Positions 36,280 to 45,664 of a stretch of 64,000 nt of DNA are shown one piece after another (position 1 is the stretch's first letter; every line of letters starts with the position of its first letter). The DNA is from Poseidonia sp. (GTDB lineage Archaea > Thermoplasmatota > Poseidoniia > Poseidoniales > Poseidoniaceae), in assembly GCA_049600935.1 (NCBI GenBank), contig JBMYQB010000003.1, forward strand, positions 9,113-73,112, read 5' to 3'. A program made the position numbers and the translations under genes. The notes beneath the pieces are model-generated. The model was not told the origin of the DNA, did not search any database, and worked only from the letters and a program-made list of their open reading frames with translations.

Positions 36280-37683
36280 TCAAGCTGGGTTGATTCGCAA
36301 CCCGTTCATGAGCAACACATCGGGAAGGTGCATGCTTCCCGATGAATAGGAGCCTTGACGGCGAACGTCTTGGCCGAGAACCACCTCACCGGTCAGCGCC
36401 TTGGCAAAGTTTCCGGAGAGACCCGCCTGTTTGAGGGAGCCCACTACTTCGCCGTTTTCGACCTTGAGAATGGAACTGGTGGTGACCGAGAAATCACCGC
36501 TGCTAGGATTCGCCGTGTGTGCGCCCATCACGCTGTTCACGATGTAGCCGTTGTCCATATGTTCCAACAGCCCGTCCCAGGTACGACTGGCTTCGGACGA
36601 CGTCAGGAACAGCTCCGTGCATCCGGTTGAAGGCGGAGATTGATGGCCACCCGAAACGGCCGAACCGGTTGATGAGGCCGCTGAAGTGCGGCCTTCTGCA
36701 ACCTGCTGAGCAGCATCTCGAGTGGACCAGAGCATGCTGCACAGGCGCCCGTTTTCCACGAGGGTTTGGCGCCGCCGAGGGACGCCTTCTGCATCTCTGG
36801 AACCCGAGGACATGCCCCCTTCCAGCAGACCGTCGTCGTGGATGGAGAGCGTAGGATTGATCACCTGTTGGTTCATCTTTTCTGCCCAAAACGACTCCTT
36901 TCGGACCATCTTCTCGCCGGTCATGGCAGGTGGTACAACCATGGAGAACAACGGAGAAAACCCTTCACTGGTCATCAAAACGGGAGTGTCGACGGGTTGG
37001 CTTTCAACCTTAAGTGGGTTTTGAGTTACTTGCGCCCAGTGCACCGCTCTTTCGATGCATTCAGGAAGTTCTGGTAGTCGCTTCCTGCTCGATTGTCCTT
37101 GGTAGGAACTGGTCAATTGGCCGTCCACGTCAAGGGTGACCTGGAGTCCAATACCGTGCGAAGTGGTCATCCCCGTTGAGAGAATGCCTTCGCTGTTCAT
37201 CAAGCACCCAGCCGTGGCAGAAACACCAATGCCGCCCCCGGTCACGACCGCACGCTCATCAAGGGATTTCACCTGAGAGAGCACGGCGTCCGCTTGTTCA
37301 AGCAAGTCTTCGGAACTGGTGTCAAGGATGGCGGTGTCCATTCGTCCACCAACGGTTTCTGCTGGTTGTTCACTTGGAAGGACAAATCCCTCAATTGAAG
37401 GGGATTTTTTGGCAATAGCTACGGCTTCAGCCACCGCTCGCTCTGCCCCCGAAACATCGACCAAGTGGGCGAATCCGAAGCGTCCACCGTCCACCACACG
37501 AACCCCGAATCCACCTTCGCCGCCACCTGCCGCCATCGTGATTTTTCCAGCCTCGATGTCCAGTTGGGTTCCATAGGCTTGGAATCCGATGAGGTCCCAC
37601 TGCTGTACGCCACTGGAACGACAAGCATCAGCGATGACCTGTGCGTTTGCAAGCAGGCGGTCTTCGGCACCTTCAGGCAGCAT
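36280..37683 (-). CDS. pmbA: TldD/PmbA-family metallopeptidase (PmbA/TldE-like)
   Basis: 467-aa ORF. C-terminal conserved block YIVNSVMGAHTANPSSGDFSVTTSSILKVENGEVVG is typical of the U62 (TldD/PmbA) family. Paired with a second family member directly upstream. Confidence 0.65.
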   Translation of the reverse strand: MLPEGAEDRLLANAQVIADACRSSGVQQWDLIGFQAYGTQLDIEAGKITMAAGGGEGGFGVRVVDGGRFGFAHLVDVSGAERAVAEAVAIAKKSPSIEGFVLPSEQPAETVGGRMDTAILDTSSEDLLEQADAVLSQVKSLDERAVVTGGGIGVSATAGCLMNSEGILSTGMTTSHGIGLQVTLDVDGQLTSSYQGQSSRKRLPELPECIERAVHWAQVTQNPLKVESQPVDTPVLMTSEGFSPLFSMVVPPAMTGEKMVRKESFWAEKMNQQVINPTLSIHDDGLLEGGMSSGSRDAEGVPRRRQTLVENGRLCSMLWSTRDAAQQVAEGRTSAASSTGSAVSGGHQSPPSTGCTELFLTSSEASRTWDGLLEHMDNGYIVNSVMGAHTANPSSGDFSVTTSSILKVENGEVVGSLKQAGLSGNFAKALTGEVVLGQDVRRQGSYSSGSMHLPDVLLMNGLRINPA

Positions 37684-37684
37684 A

Positions 37685-39127
37685 TCAGCCCACCAACGCT
37701 TCGCTGATGCGCATCACAGGACCGCCGTCACCTACGGGCACGGTTTGCCCTTTGCCACAGAACCCTGGCGAGGCAAGGGAGGCATCTCGTGTCAGACCGT
37801 CGACATTTTGGAGAATTTCGAGGGTGAGTCCGCTCACGCTCACGTCTTTGAGCGGGCGTGTGAGTTCGCCGTTTTCAATCAGCCACGCCTCCTGGGCCGC
37901 AAATTGGAACGAGCCTCGCCCGGTGTCGACTTGGCCGCCTCGCGTACCACACGCATAGACGCCGTACTGAATGTCCTCCAAGAGTTCATCCAAATCCGCA
38001 TGCGTTCCACCGTGGATCATGGTGTTGCTCATGCGAACGAGCGGATGATGAAGGCCATCTTGCGCTCGTGCACCGCCGTTTGGCTCAACACCGAAGTGAT
38101 GCGCCGTTTCTCTATGATTGAGGTATTCCGTCAAAATGCCGTTCTTGATGAGGACTTTTTCTCGGGTGTCAACACCCTCGTCATCAACCGGGTAGGCCCC
38201 GTAGCCTCCCATCATGGTGGGGTCGTCAACAACCGTGACGATCTCGTTTCCAATTTTATGGCCAAGTTTTCCGTCCAAACACGAATCACCTGCCGCAACC
38301 AAGTCGGCTTCGCAGGGGTGTCCGAGCGCCTCGTGGATGTAGACGCCCGTGAGGTCCTTGTCGGCAATGAGTGGTAATTTTCCTGAGGGGGCTCGTTCTG
38401 CTTGAAGGAGACGAAGCGCTGCGCGCTGGGCTTCTTCACCCAAGTTCACCAGGTCGGCAGCCTGAATCACTTCGAGACCCCCTTGGCCACCGTGTCGTGT
38501 ACGGTACGAGACCACCTCGCCGTCCCTGCGGGCCGTGACCGTCCCGTGAACGAGGGAACGCTGGAAGGACCACACCCGGTCCATGCCCTCGGTGGTCATC
38601 AACTCGGTGTGGATGTGCTCATCGCTCCAACCGGTTCGAACGGAAACGATGTCGTCATGCCCACTTGCGCCGCGATACATGTCGTTCATGAGGTCCATTT
38701 TTTGATCAAGTTCGGTGTCCCTCACGTCGAGTTTTGAACGCCAGTGCGTCTCGTCTTGCAGCACAGGTACCTCTGCCAGACCGATGGCCCGTTCGTTGGA
38801 TGAGCGGCGCTTTGCGACGGCCTTTGCCAAGCGGGTGGTGGATTCAATCTGGTCGGAGAGAGAGGCTAGGTCGGTGGTGGAATGGACGCCCCAGGCGCCG
38901 TCGGCGAGGATGCGGAGGGTCATTCCAAGTTCTTGGCCTGGAATGGCTCGCTCGAGAACCCCGTCGCGCATGGCCACAGAAGATTCGGTGAGGGCAACCA
39001 CACGCACTTCGGCGTAGGATGCACCGTGAGTTTGTGCGGAATCCAACGCCTTTCGCACTTTTTCTTGGTCCAGATAGCGCCCCGTTGTTGGGCGGTGTCC
39101 GTCGTTTTGCTTCGCAGCCATCACCAT
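37685..39127 (-). CDS. tldD: TldD/PmbA-family metallopeptidase (TldD-like)
   Basis: 480-aa ORF. HxxxH-containing segment (YIHEALGHPCEAD) as in TldD. C-terminal block GGQVDTGRGSFQFAAQEAWLIENGELT. Ends 2 nt before the partner gene start. Confidence 0.7.
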   Translation of the reverse strand: MVMAAKQNDGHRPTTGRYLDQEKVRKALDSAQTHGASYAEVRVVALTESSVAMRDGVLERAIPGQELGMTLRILADGAWGVHSTTDLASLSDQIESTTRLAKAVAKRRSSNERAIGLAEVPVLQDETHWRSKLDVRDTELDQKMDLMNDMYRGASGHDDIVSVRTGWSDEHIHTELMTTEGMDRVWSFQRSLVHGTVTARRDGEVVSYRTRHGGQGGLEVIQAADLVNLGEEAQRAALRLLQAERAPSGKLPLIADKDLTGVYIHEALGHPCEADLVAAGDSCLDGKLGHKIGNEIVTVVDDPTMMGGYGAYPVDDEGVDTREKVLIKNGILTEYLNHRETAHHFGVEPNGGARAQDGLHHPLVRMSNTMIHGGTHADLDELLEDIQYGVYACGTRGGQVDTGRGSFQFAAQEAWLIENGELTRPLKDVSVSGLTLEILQNVDGLTRDASLASPGFCGKGQTVPVGDGGPVMRISEALVG

Positions 39128-39164
39128 GGAATGACGAAGAGGAGGGAGCCTTTCAACCCTCCCA

Positions 39165-39746
39165 TTAGCGGTGGGATGAACTCTGGTCGTCAGCCATCAA
39201 AATGTGGGCGATGATGGATTCACTCTGACGCGCTTCTGACCACCCTTCTGCATCGATGCCAAGACGTTTTGCTGCCTCTATAGAATAGGTTGCTTCGCTT
39301 GTTCCCTCGGACCATCCGAGTCGCTGCAAGAGGTTGGCGAGGCTCGAATCAAAATCCTGTACGTCATCGGCTTCAGGCTGAAGATGTCCGAGATCGTTTT
39401 CGTGTCCTTTAGCCGAAGGCAAACAAACGACCCACCCGTGGTCTTGATCTTCTTGAAGGCCGGCCCTTGCGAAGGCCTCAGAGATGTGATGGGTGCCTGC
39501 CAAATAGCGCAAAAATTCTGCATCAATGCTTCGAGCGACCATGTTCCCTCGCAAGGCATTTCTCGATGCTTGAATCCATGCGGTCCAGAGTTGTTCTTCG
39601 CTCATGACCGCATGCGCTCCAAGCAAGACCCAATGGGAAGAAGGTCGTTCTTTGAGAAAGCGGTCAACGTGGTGTTGGGGCGAGCCTTCACCGAATCGAA
39701 CACCCCTGAACGGGAAGGTTGTTGCACGCATTGGGCCGCCCACCAC
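39165..39746 (-). CDS. possible KEOPS complex subunit Cgi121-like protein
   Basis: 193-aa ORF. Central segment WVLLGAHAVMSEEQLWTAWIQASRNALRGNMVARSIDAEFLRYLAGTHHISEAFARAGL...WVVCL follows the Cgi121 pattern (ILNA..V....HL..A...A.........S...E.L...SG...I..A....G......V.LI). Assignment is by eye only. Confidence 0.35.
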   Translation of the reverse strand: MVGGPMRATTFPFRGVRFGEGSPQHHVDRFLKERPSSHWVLLGAHAVMSEEQLWTAWIQASRNALRGNMVARSIDAEFLRYLAGTHHISEAFARAGLQEDQDHGWVVCLPSAKGHENDLGHLQPEADDVQDFDSSLANLLQRLGWSEGTSEATYSIEAAKRLGIDAEGWSEARQSESIIAHILMADDQSSSHR

Positions 39747-39757
39747 CCCTCAGGATT

Positions 39758-42349
39758 TCAATCATGCTCAAGACGCTCTCCCTCGAGGGGCGCGTCGTCA
39801 GTTCGTTGCTTCGCCTTTGAGATTCCAGATTTTTTCAAAACTCTCTCGATTTCCACATGGATTTTGTCCAAAAGAATCGGACCCCACCCTCGTTTTGCGA
39901 GAAGGGCCTCGCGGTGCCGTGCTGACATGTTGGCGACGTCTTTCGGTTCTCGCATGCCCAACGCGGCCAGTTCCCGTGCCCGTTGCCGGCCGACATGACG
40001 GATGTTCACGAGTTGCAGCAGGTCGGATTTGCAACCGTGGCGGACGCGTTGCTGCAGCGTGCTGATCTGCTGAACAAGCTCGGCCACAATGGGCAGGTGC
40101 TCCTCCGCAAACACATCATCGGTCAGCAACACCTGTTGCGCGCCCGCCAGCAGCCAACCCATGAGGTCCACACGATGATGAACGTCGCCGGGTGACACAT
40201 CGAGGTCCTTCTCAAGTTCCCTGAGGGTCGTTTCCTCGGTCCACTCCTCGATCATCCAAGCCGATTTGACATCGCTCAGCAAGGCTTCTGCGTATCCAGG
40301 TTCAACAAATAACTCATCCTCCGTAGCGTTGGCTTTCAACCACGTCGGTGAATTCGTCTCCATGTCCGCCGATTTTGCCCAAAGCGAAACAAAGTCGGGT
40401 GTGGCAACGGCCAGATGAAGGAACCCGAAGTCCGTGACGGGCGCATCTTGTCGCACGGTCCGCCGAACAGCTCTCCGAAGTCCCGTTCGCAAAATTGAGG
40501 CGGAGAGGGGGTCGAGATAGAGTTGAGTAACCCGCTCGCCCATGGCCGTCGCCTCGTAGCGCATGCTCGGTCCATCCTCCGCTGCAGGTTGGGCCCAACC
40601 ACCCGTTTGTGCCAAGGAGGTTGCTCTCGAAAAGCCAATGCTGGGCTCTCTATGAGCACTCGGACGAACAATCCGAGACGGTTCTGGCCCGGACGGGTCC
40701 CATACAACACCCTCCGTTGAGCGAGCGCTTGAGGCCCACACCGGAACCGTGTCGTCCCATGCTTCTTCATCATCAAGATCTTCGCCTGCGAATCGAGCGG
40801 TGTAGTGTTCATCCATGCCACAGCGGCGTATGAATCGCTCTTCGACGAGCCAATCCAGCATTGAGGTCAACCGTTCGCGCAATTGGGAAAAGGGCATGGA
40901 GGCCCCCAAAAAGGTCGAGGCAAAGAAATGCTCAATGGAACCTTTGTGCACCAAACCACCGGTTGCAATACTTGCCAACAGGTGCATCCGCAGCGCAGGT
41001 TCCGATGCAAGTTTTGAGGAAATGTCCTCGATGGGCCCGAAGAAATAGCGGTCGGCGACTGCGTCAGCAACCTCCCAACCGTCCGTTCCTTTGCAGTAGA
41101 CCCAGGCCTCTCCCTTCGTGTCGTATTTCGGCCGTCCAGCACGTCCGAGCATTTGGCGCACCTCCATCACGGGGAGGGGACGACTCATACCGTCGTCCCA
41201 ACGCTTGAGGTCCCGAACGAGGACCCTTCTGGCTGGAAGGTTCACACCTGCAGCAAGGGTTGGTGTCGCCGTTAGAGCGACCAAGAGGCCTGACTTGAAT
41301 GCGGCTTCAACGTCTTTCCGCTGGGCATTTGTCAATCCAGCGTGATGGAAACCGACCCCGGATGAAAGGCAACTTGCTAATTGCTCTGCGAGGTTGGATT
41401 GACTTCGGCCCGTGAGCTTTGCAGCAAGTTCTTCCAAGGTTTTCAGTCGCTCTGGGTCCTCTTTTTCAAGCCGCTTTCGCACCCGCTTGGCGAGATTTTT
41501 GGCCTCTGATTGGGCGCTTCTTCGGGTCCCGACAAACATCAGCACTTGGGCACCCTGGTCCAACCCGTCATTCACCACGCTCCAAACTGGGTGGCTCTTG
41601 AGGCCGACAAGATCTCGAGGAGGACTCAACGGTGTTTGCTCACCTGCTTCGGTGGGCGATTGGATTTTTCGAGGTTCAACATGGAAATCGTGGAAGGTAG
41701 CGTACTCAAGGGCGACGGGCCGCCAATCGGACTGAATCAAATCAGCATTCAACCACGCTGCGAGTTGGGGTGAATTGCCTACGGTTGCGGAAAGCGCAAT
41801 GATTTGCGCATCGGGTTTAATGTGCCTGAGTCTCGTAAGGTTGATCTCAAGCGTGGGCCCTCGTGTACCATCGTTCATCAGATGGAATTCATCGGCCACG
41901 ACACAGCAGAGGTCAGCGACAAGTTCAGCGCGATGGCGAAGCAAGGAATCCAATTTTTCCGAGGTGCACACGAGAATGTTGCAGTCATCGATGTTCTTCG
42001 CTTCGGCCGTTGCGTCGCCGATGCCCAAACCGACCGACAATCCCATCGCTGCGCCGAGTTCGCGCAAATCCTCGTATTTTTCCATCGCCAGAGCCTTGAG
42101 CGGAACGATGTAGATGGCTTTTGAACGTTCATGACCTTCTGCCAGTCGTTTGACCATGCCCATGTAGGCCAGCAGAGATTTTCCGGAAGCGGTTGGGATG
42201 GCGACCAGCGTGTTCCGGCCCTTGAGGATGCTCGGAATTGCATCGGCTTGCGGTGGATGCAGCCGTTCAATACCCCAATCTCGCTGGAGGAAATCAAGGA
42301 ACGGGAGAGGTAAATCAAGCGACGAAACCGCCCTGTTGTCCACCTCCAT
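39758..42349 (-). CDS. hel308: Hel308/Ski2-type superfamily-2 DNA helicase
   Basis: 863-aa ORF. Motif I AIPTASGKS. DEFH box (VVADEFHLM). SAT motif. Motif VI QMLGRAGR. Winged-helix/ratchet and C-terminal HhH-like regions. Contains an insertion of about 120 aa relative to typical archaeal Hel308. Confidence 0.8.
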   Translation of the reverse strand: MEVDNRAVSSLDLPLPFLDFLQRDWGIERLHPPQADAIPSILKGRNTLVAIPTASGKSLLAYMGMVKRLAEGHERSKAIYIVPLKALAMEKYEDLRELGAAMGLSVGLGIGDATAEAKNIDDCNILVCTSEKLDSLLRHRAELVADLCCVVADEFHLMNDGTRGPTLEINLTRLRHIKPDAQIIALSATVGNSPQLAAWLNADLIQSDWRPVALEYATFHDFHVEPRKIQSPTEAGEQTPLSPPRDLVGLKSHPVWSVVNDGLDQGAQVLMFVGTRRSAQSEAKNLAKRVRKRLEKEDPERLKTLEELAAKLTGRSQSNLAEQLASCLSSGVGFHHAGLTNAQRKDVEAAFKSGLLVALTATPTLAAGVNLPARRVLVRDLKRWDDGMSRPLPVMEVRQMLGRAGRPKYDTKGEAWVYCKGTDGWEVADAVADRYFFGPIEDISSKLASEPALRMHLLASIATGGLVHKGSIEHFFASTFLGASMPFSQLRERLTSMLDWLVEERFIRRCGMDEHYTARFAGEDLDDEEAWDDTVPVWASSARSTEGVVWDPSGPEPSRIVRPSAHREPSIGFSRATSLAQTGGWAQPAAEDGPSMRYEATAMGERVTQLYLDPLSASILRTGLRRAVRRTVRQDAPVTDFGFLHLAVATPDFVSLWAKSADMETNSPTWLKANATEDELFVEPGYAEALLSDVKSAWMIEEWTEETTLRELEKDLDVSPGDVHHRVDLMGWLLAGAQQVLLTDDVFAEEHLPIVAELVQQISTLQQRVRHGCKSDLLQLVNIRHVGRQRARELAALGMREPKDVANMSARHREALLAKRGWGPILLDKIHVEIERVLKKSGISKAKQRTDDAPLEGERLEHD

Positions 42350-42431
42350 ATTCCCTCAAATTGGGCAGCGGTTCAAAAGGACAACGCCCTGCTATTGTTG
42401 CCGACACTTAGAAGTCCCACCTGTTCATGGT

Positions 42432-43055
42432 ATGTCCATGAGCGACGACCGAGACGCCATGGTCGAAGAACGACTTTCCGTCTTTGATGACGAACCTGAC
42501 CTCAACGACTGGGTCGAGGTCATGTGCGGCGCTGCGATGGTGGTCTTGGGTGTGTTTCACCTCGTTGAACCGGGGAACCTCGTGGACCCTGATATCATGC
42601 GCTGGTTTGCTGCTGCGGTCGTCGCCGCTGGTGCAGTTTGGGCCGGACACGGCCTCAAGGACATGGCCGTGAAAGAAGTCCGCCGCTCCATCGCCCTGCT
42701 CGACATGGTGAGCAACGACCAAGGTGTTGACACCGGGTTGATTCGAGATGTTCTGCTCAATCAAGAAGCGTACAAAGAATTCCTCGTCCATGCCTACGAA
42801 TCAGCATGGGAAGACGGTGTGATCACCGACGCCGAACTGAAGGAACTGAAATCCTTCCAAGAGGCGCTGGGCATCTCCGATGAAGAAGCGGCTGACCTCA
42901 ACGTCAAGGCCGCCATCAAATCGGCAGCTGCCGATGGTGAAATCACCGACCAGGAAGCCAAGTCCATTGAAGCCGCAGCCAAGGCAGCCAAGATGTCCGA
43001 AGAAGAAACGGCCAAAGCCGTCAGCGAAGAACTCGGAAAGAGCGACGCCGAGTGA
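42432..43055 (+). CDS. membrane protein with tandem TerB-like (DjlA N-terminal-type) repeats
   Basis: Start placed at MSMSDDRD. The track ORF starts at 42198 inside the helicase upstream region. Two hydrophobic helices, then repeats DGVITDAELKELKSFQEALGISDEEAADL and DGEITDQEAKSIEAAAKAAKMSEEE resembling TerB/DUF533 modules. Confidence 0.4.
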   Translation: MSMSDDRDAMVEERLSVFDDEPDLNDWVEVMCGAAMVVLGVFHLVEPGNLVDPDIMRWFAAAVVAAGAVWAGHGLKDMAVKEVRRSIALLDMVSNDQGVDTGLIRDVLLNQEAYKEFLVHAYESAWEDGVITDAELKELKSFQEALGISDEEAADLNVKAAIKSAAADGEITDQEAKSIEAAAKAAKMSEEETAKAVSEELGKSDAE

Positions 43056-45128
43056 TCACGTCCACCTGTCATCGCTTTGAGGGCGATAGGTCATGGCAAG
43101 TTGTTGGGCCTTGGCTTTACGCTGCACCTCCATCCACGTGGCGGCAAGCCCGAGGGCCATCCCTCCCATCATGAGCGCCCCACCGTAAGGCAGCAGACCA
43201 GAAGCGCTTCCAACGCCCCATTCGGCAGGGATATCTTGACTGTCAAAGCCATCGGATTCAATGAACAGGACATCGAGCAAATCCAAGTCGCAATCACACA
43301 ATGAAATGGAAATACGTTCGGGGAAGAGAGACCCCTGCAGACGCACCCAGTCGTTTGCGTTGATGGTGGAAGGACGTGTTGCCCAAGCCGGAGCGTTGAT
43401 TGAACCCGTGGCGGGCGCCGACACCATTTCTGCATCGAGGTGCACAACGGAGGAAGTTGGCTTTTCGTCGACCACAAGCAAGGCCTCGAGCACGAGCAAA
43501 TCCAGAAGCAGCGACCGGCCGGCAAGAAGGATGAACCGAACGGTTTGGCTCTCCAGCATCCCTTCCTGAGTCTGTTGGGTTTGACCCTTGGCCACCTGTC
43601 CAAAAATCGCTTGGTCCAAGCGTAGTGATTCCAATTCCGGGACCACGAGCTGCCAACGACCGTCATCAAGAGGTATCGCCTGTTCGATGTCAAGTTTCAT
43701 TTTCAATCGCTCACCGTCCAACATTCCCCATGTAGCGCCGGTGTGCGTGTAGAGCGTTTGTTCAGGAACCCCTTCCGCCGAAACATCCCACAGCTGTTGT
43801 AGGCGCATCTCAATGAGCGTCTCGAGCGTGATCTCGTCTTGGTGTTGGACTTCATCGGCTATGGCCCAAAGAGGATGAAGGATGCCACCAACGAGCAACA
43901 TCAGCACGCCTGGAACAAAGAGGCCGAATCGCACACCGTAGGCGGTGGTGGGCCGCACGGCGACCACCAGGAAAAGCCCCAACATCACCAGCGATACGAA
44001 GAGAATGCCAACCCCCTGGTCGTCTAGCGATGCCGCTGCGTCCTTGTCACCGACCAAAGCGGCTCCTTGTGGATAATAACTCACCGAAGAAAATCCACTT
44101 GGGTCCGTGGGACCAAGGCCCTCGTACCCAAACACACCCGTCCAGGAATACGACTGGATTTTGTCGGGTGAACCGTGCATGCAGAGGGTGTAGTCGCCTG
44201 TTGGTAAGGCTCGCCAGCGGTAGGTAATTCTGAGTGACTCGCCGTCGTCGTCCACCACGACTTCGGGAGAGGGAGACAGTCGGCCTGCTGCCGTGATGAG
44301 GTCGGGGACAGGGTGAGGTTGCTCGATTTCAATGGGCACCTGGTCCCATTCAACCAGAAGGCGAAGCACTTCGTGAGTTTCGACCTCAAAGGCCCAGCAA
44401 TCGTGGTCGGCACCAACCAAAGCCCCTCGATGCACGTCCTCAAAATCGGTCTGAACCGGTTGAGCCGTGGAGGACGGTTCATCCAAATCAGCCAGTGCGG
44501 CATCCAATGACCACGGGACATCGAGTTTGAGGAAGGAAGCCCCACGCATGTTCAGCGACCATGTCCCCGGGCGGTCAAGGGTGACGGAGAAGATGAGCCG
44601 AATGGGGTCGTCTTCCCACAACACTCGCCCGTCGCTGAACGTGAGGGCCTCGTTGGTAAGTTCGTAATTGGAGGCGGCAAGGTCGGGGAGCGTACTGGCT
44701 TCAAAGGACCACTCGTTGACGTTTTGCCCAAACACCATGCGCAATTCAAGTGCGGGGCGGAACAAATTGCCGGCCTCGGTCTGGTGTTTGAAATCAAGCT
44801 GAAATTCCTCGAGCACCTCAGGGAGAAGAGCGACGTGAAGTTGACCGGGGTCCATTTCAAATTCGAAGGTGATCACCTCGGGTTGAACGAGGTTGGCGAA
44901 GGTTTGACCGGAAACCTGTTCCTCCCCAATCGGTGTTGGCGTGAGGACGCAATCGTCGTCTGCGCGGCATGAAAGAAACAAATCGCCGCTGTCCTCTGTG
45001 ATGCCCGCAGAGGTGTTGCCGGCGGGCTGAACGACCAAGGCAAGAAAACACGCAACCAACAGGAAACTCCTGAAGGGTCGGTTCTGTCCTCGCATCATCG
45101 GACAAACCAGAAAGGAGCAGTATTTCAT
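43056..45128 (-). CDS. hypothetical large secreted/membrane protein
   Basis: 690-aa ORF. N-terminal signal/anchor (RSFLLVACFLALVVQPAG). Large beta-rich ectodomain. Central hydrophobic helices (ILFVSLVMLGLFLVVAV, GVLMLLVGGILHPLW) and a C-terminal hydrophobic segment. No catalytic motif. Confidence 0.35.
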   Translation of the reverse strand: MKYCSFLVCPMMRGQNRPFRSFLLVACFLALVVQPAGNTSAGITEDSGDLFLSCRADDDCVLTPTPIGEEQVSGQTFANLVQPEVITFEFEMDPGQLHVALLPEVLEEFQLDFKHQTEAGNLFRPALELRMVFGQNVNEWSFEASTLPDLAASNYELTNEALTFSDGRVLWEDDPIRLIFSVTLDRPGTWSLNMRGASFLKLDVPWSLDAALADLDEPSSTAQPVQTDFEDVHRGALVGADHDCWAFEVETHEVLRLLVEWDQVPIEIEQPHPVPDLITAAGRLSPSPEVVVDDDGESLRITYRWRALPTGDYTLCMHGSPDKIQSYSWTGVFGYEGLGPTDPSGFSSVSYYPQGAALVGDKDAAASLDDQGVGILFVSLVMLGLFLVVAVRPTTAYGVRFGLFVPGVLMLLVGGILHPLWAIADEVQHQDEITLETLIEMRLQQLWDVSAEGVPEQTLYTHTGATWGMLDGERLKMKLDIEQAIPLDDGRWQLVVPELESLRLDQAIFGQVAKGQTQQTQEGMLESQTVRFILLAGRSLLLDLLVLEALLVVDEKPTSSVVHLDAEMVSAPATGSINAPAWATRPSTINANDWVRLQGSLFPERISISLCDCDLDLLDVLFIESDGFDSQDIPAEWGVGSASGLLPYGGALMMGGMALGLAATWMEVQRKAKAQQLAMTYRPQSDDRWT

Positions 45129-45661
45129 TCAATGTCCTTCACGGGCACATCCACGAGCACCGTTCTGCATGTTCTGCAGAGAAAACGTCCACCTCCTCGA
45201 CGTTGACGGGGAAATCGCTGTTCGCAGGTCGAACAGACCCAGTGCCATGCGGCTCGGGCCAATCGGCGCTCGTGGGTGAAATCCTTGCCCCGCATGGCGC
45301 CTTTTGAGTCGGGCCATTGAGCCTCCATGCTCCGAAATTGAGCGTCGTGAGCGCGATAGCCAAGGGCATGAAGATACTCGTGAAAAAGGACGAAAAGGGC
45401 GTAATCCTCCCAATCCTCCTCGAGAAGACCCGGATGGAGGTCAACCACCTCAACGCTCAATGCTCCGGAAGGCAAGGTGCGCCATCGGGTTACACCATGG
45501 CGTTGTGTTGCATTTTTCCGCAGCACACCAAGAGGGATGGTGTGAAGACCGCTGAGGTCAGTGTCTTCCAAAAAGGGCAATTCTTCCATGGTCGAAACGA
45601 CGTCCTCCCGCAGCGCCACGAGTCTGGCCTTCTGGGCAGGTGTAGGCTTGACCACGACCAA
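45125..45661 (-). CDS. SprT-like zinc metallopeptidase with C-terminal zinc ribbon
   Basis: 178-aa ORF. HExxH in ALFVLFHEYLHALGY. C-terminal CxxC...CxxC (CSTCEQRF...CRTCRT). Architecture of the SprT/Spartan/Wss1-like family. Confidence 0.5.
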   Translation of the reverse strand: MVVVKPTPAQKARLVALREDVVSTMEELPFLEDTDLSGLHTIPLGVLRKNATQRHGVTRWRTLPSGALSVEVVDLHPGLLEEDWEDYALFVLFHEYLHALGYRAHDAQFRSMEAQWPDSKGAMRGKDFTHERRLARAAWHWVCSTCEQRFPRQRRGGGRFLCRTCRTVLVDVPVKDIE

Positions 45662-45664
45662 CCC

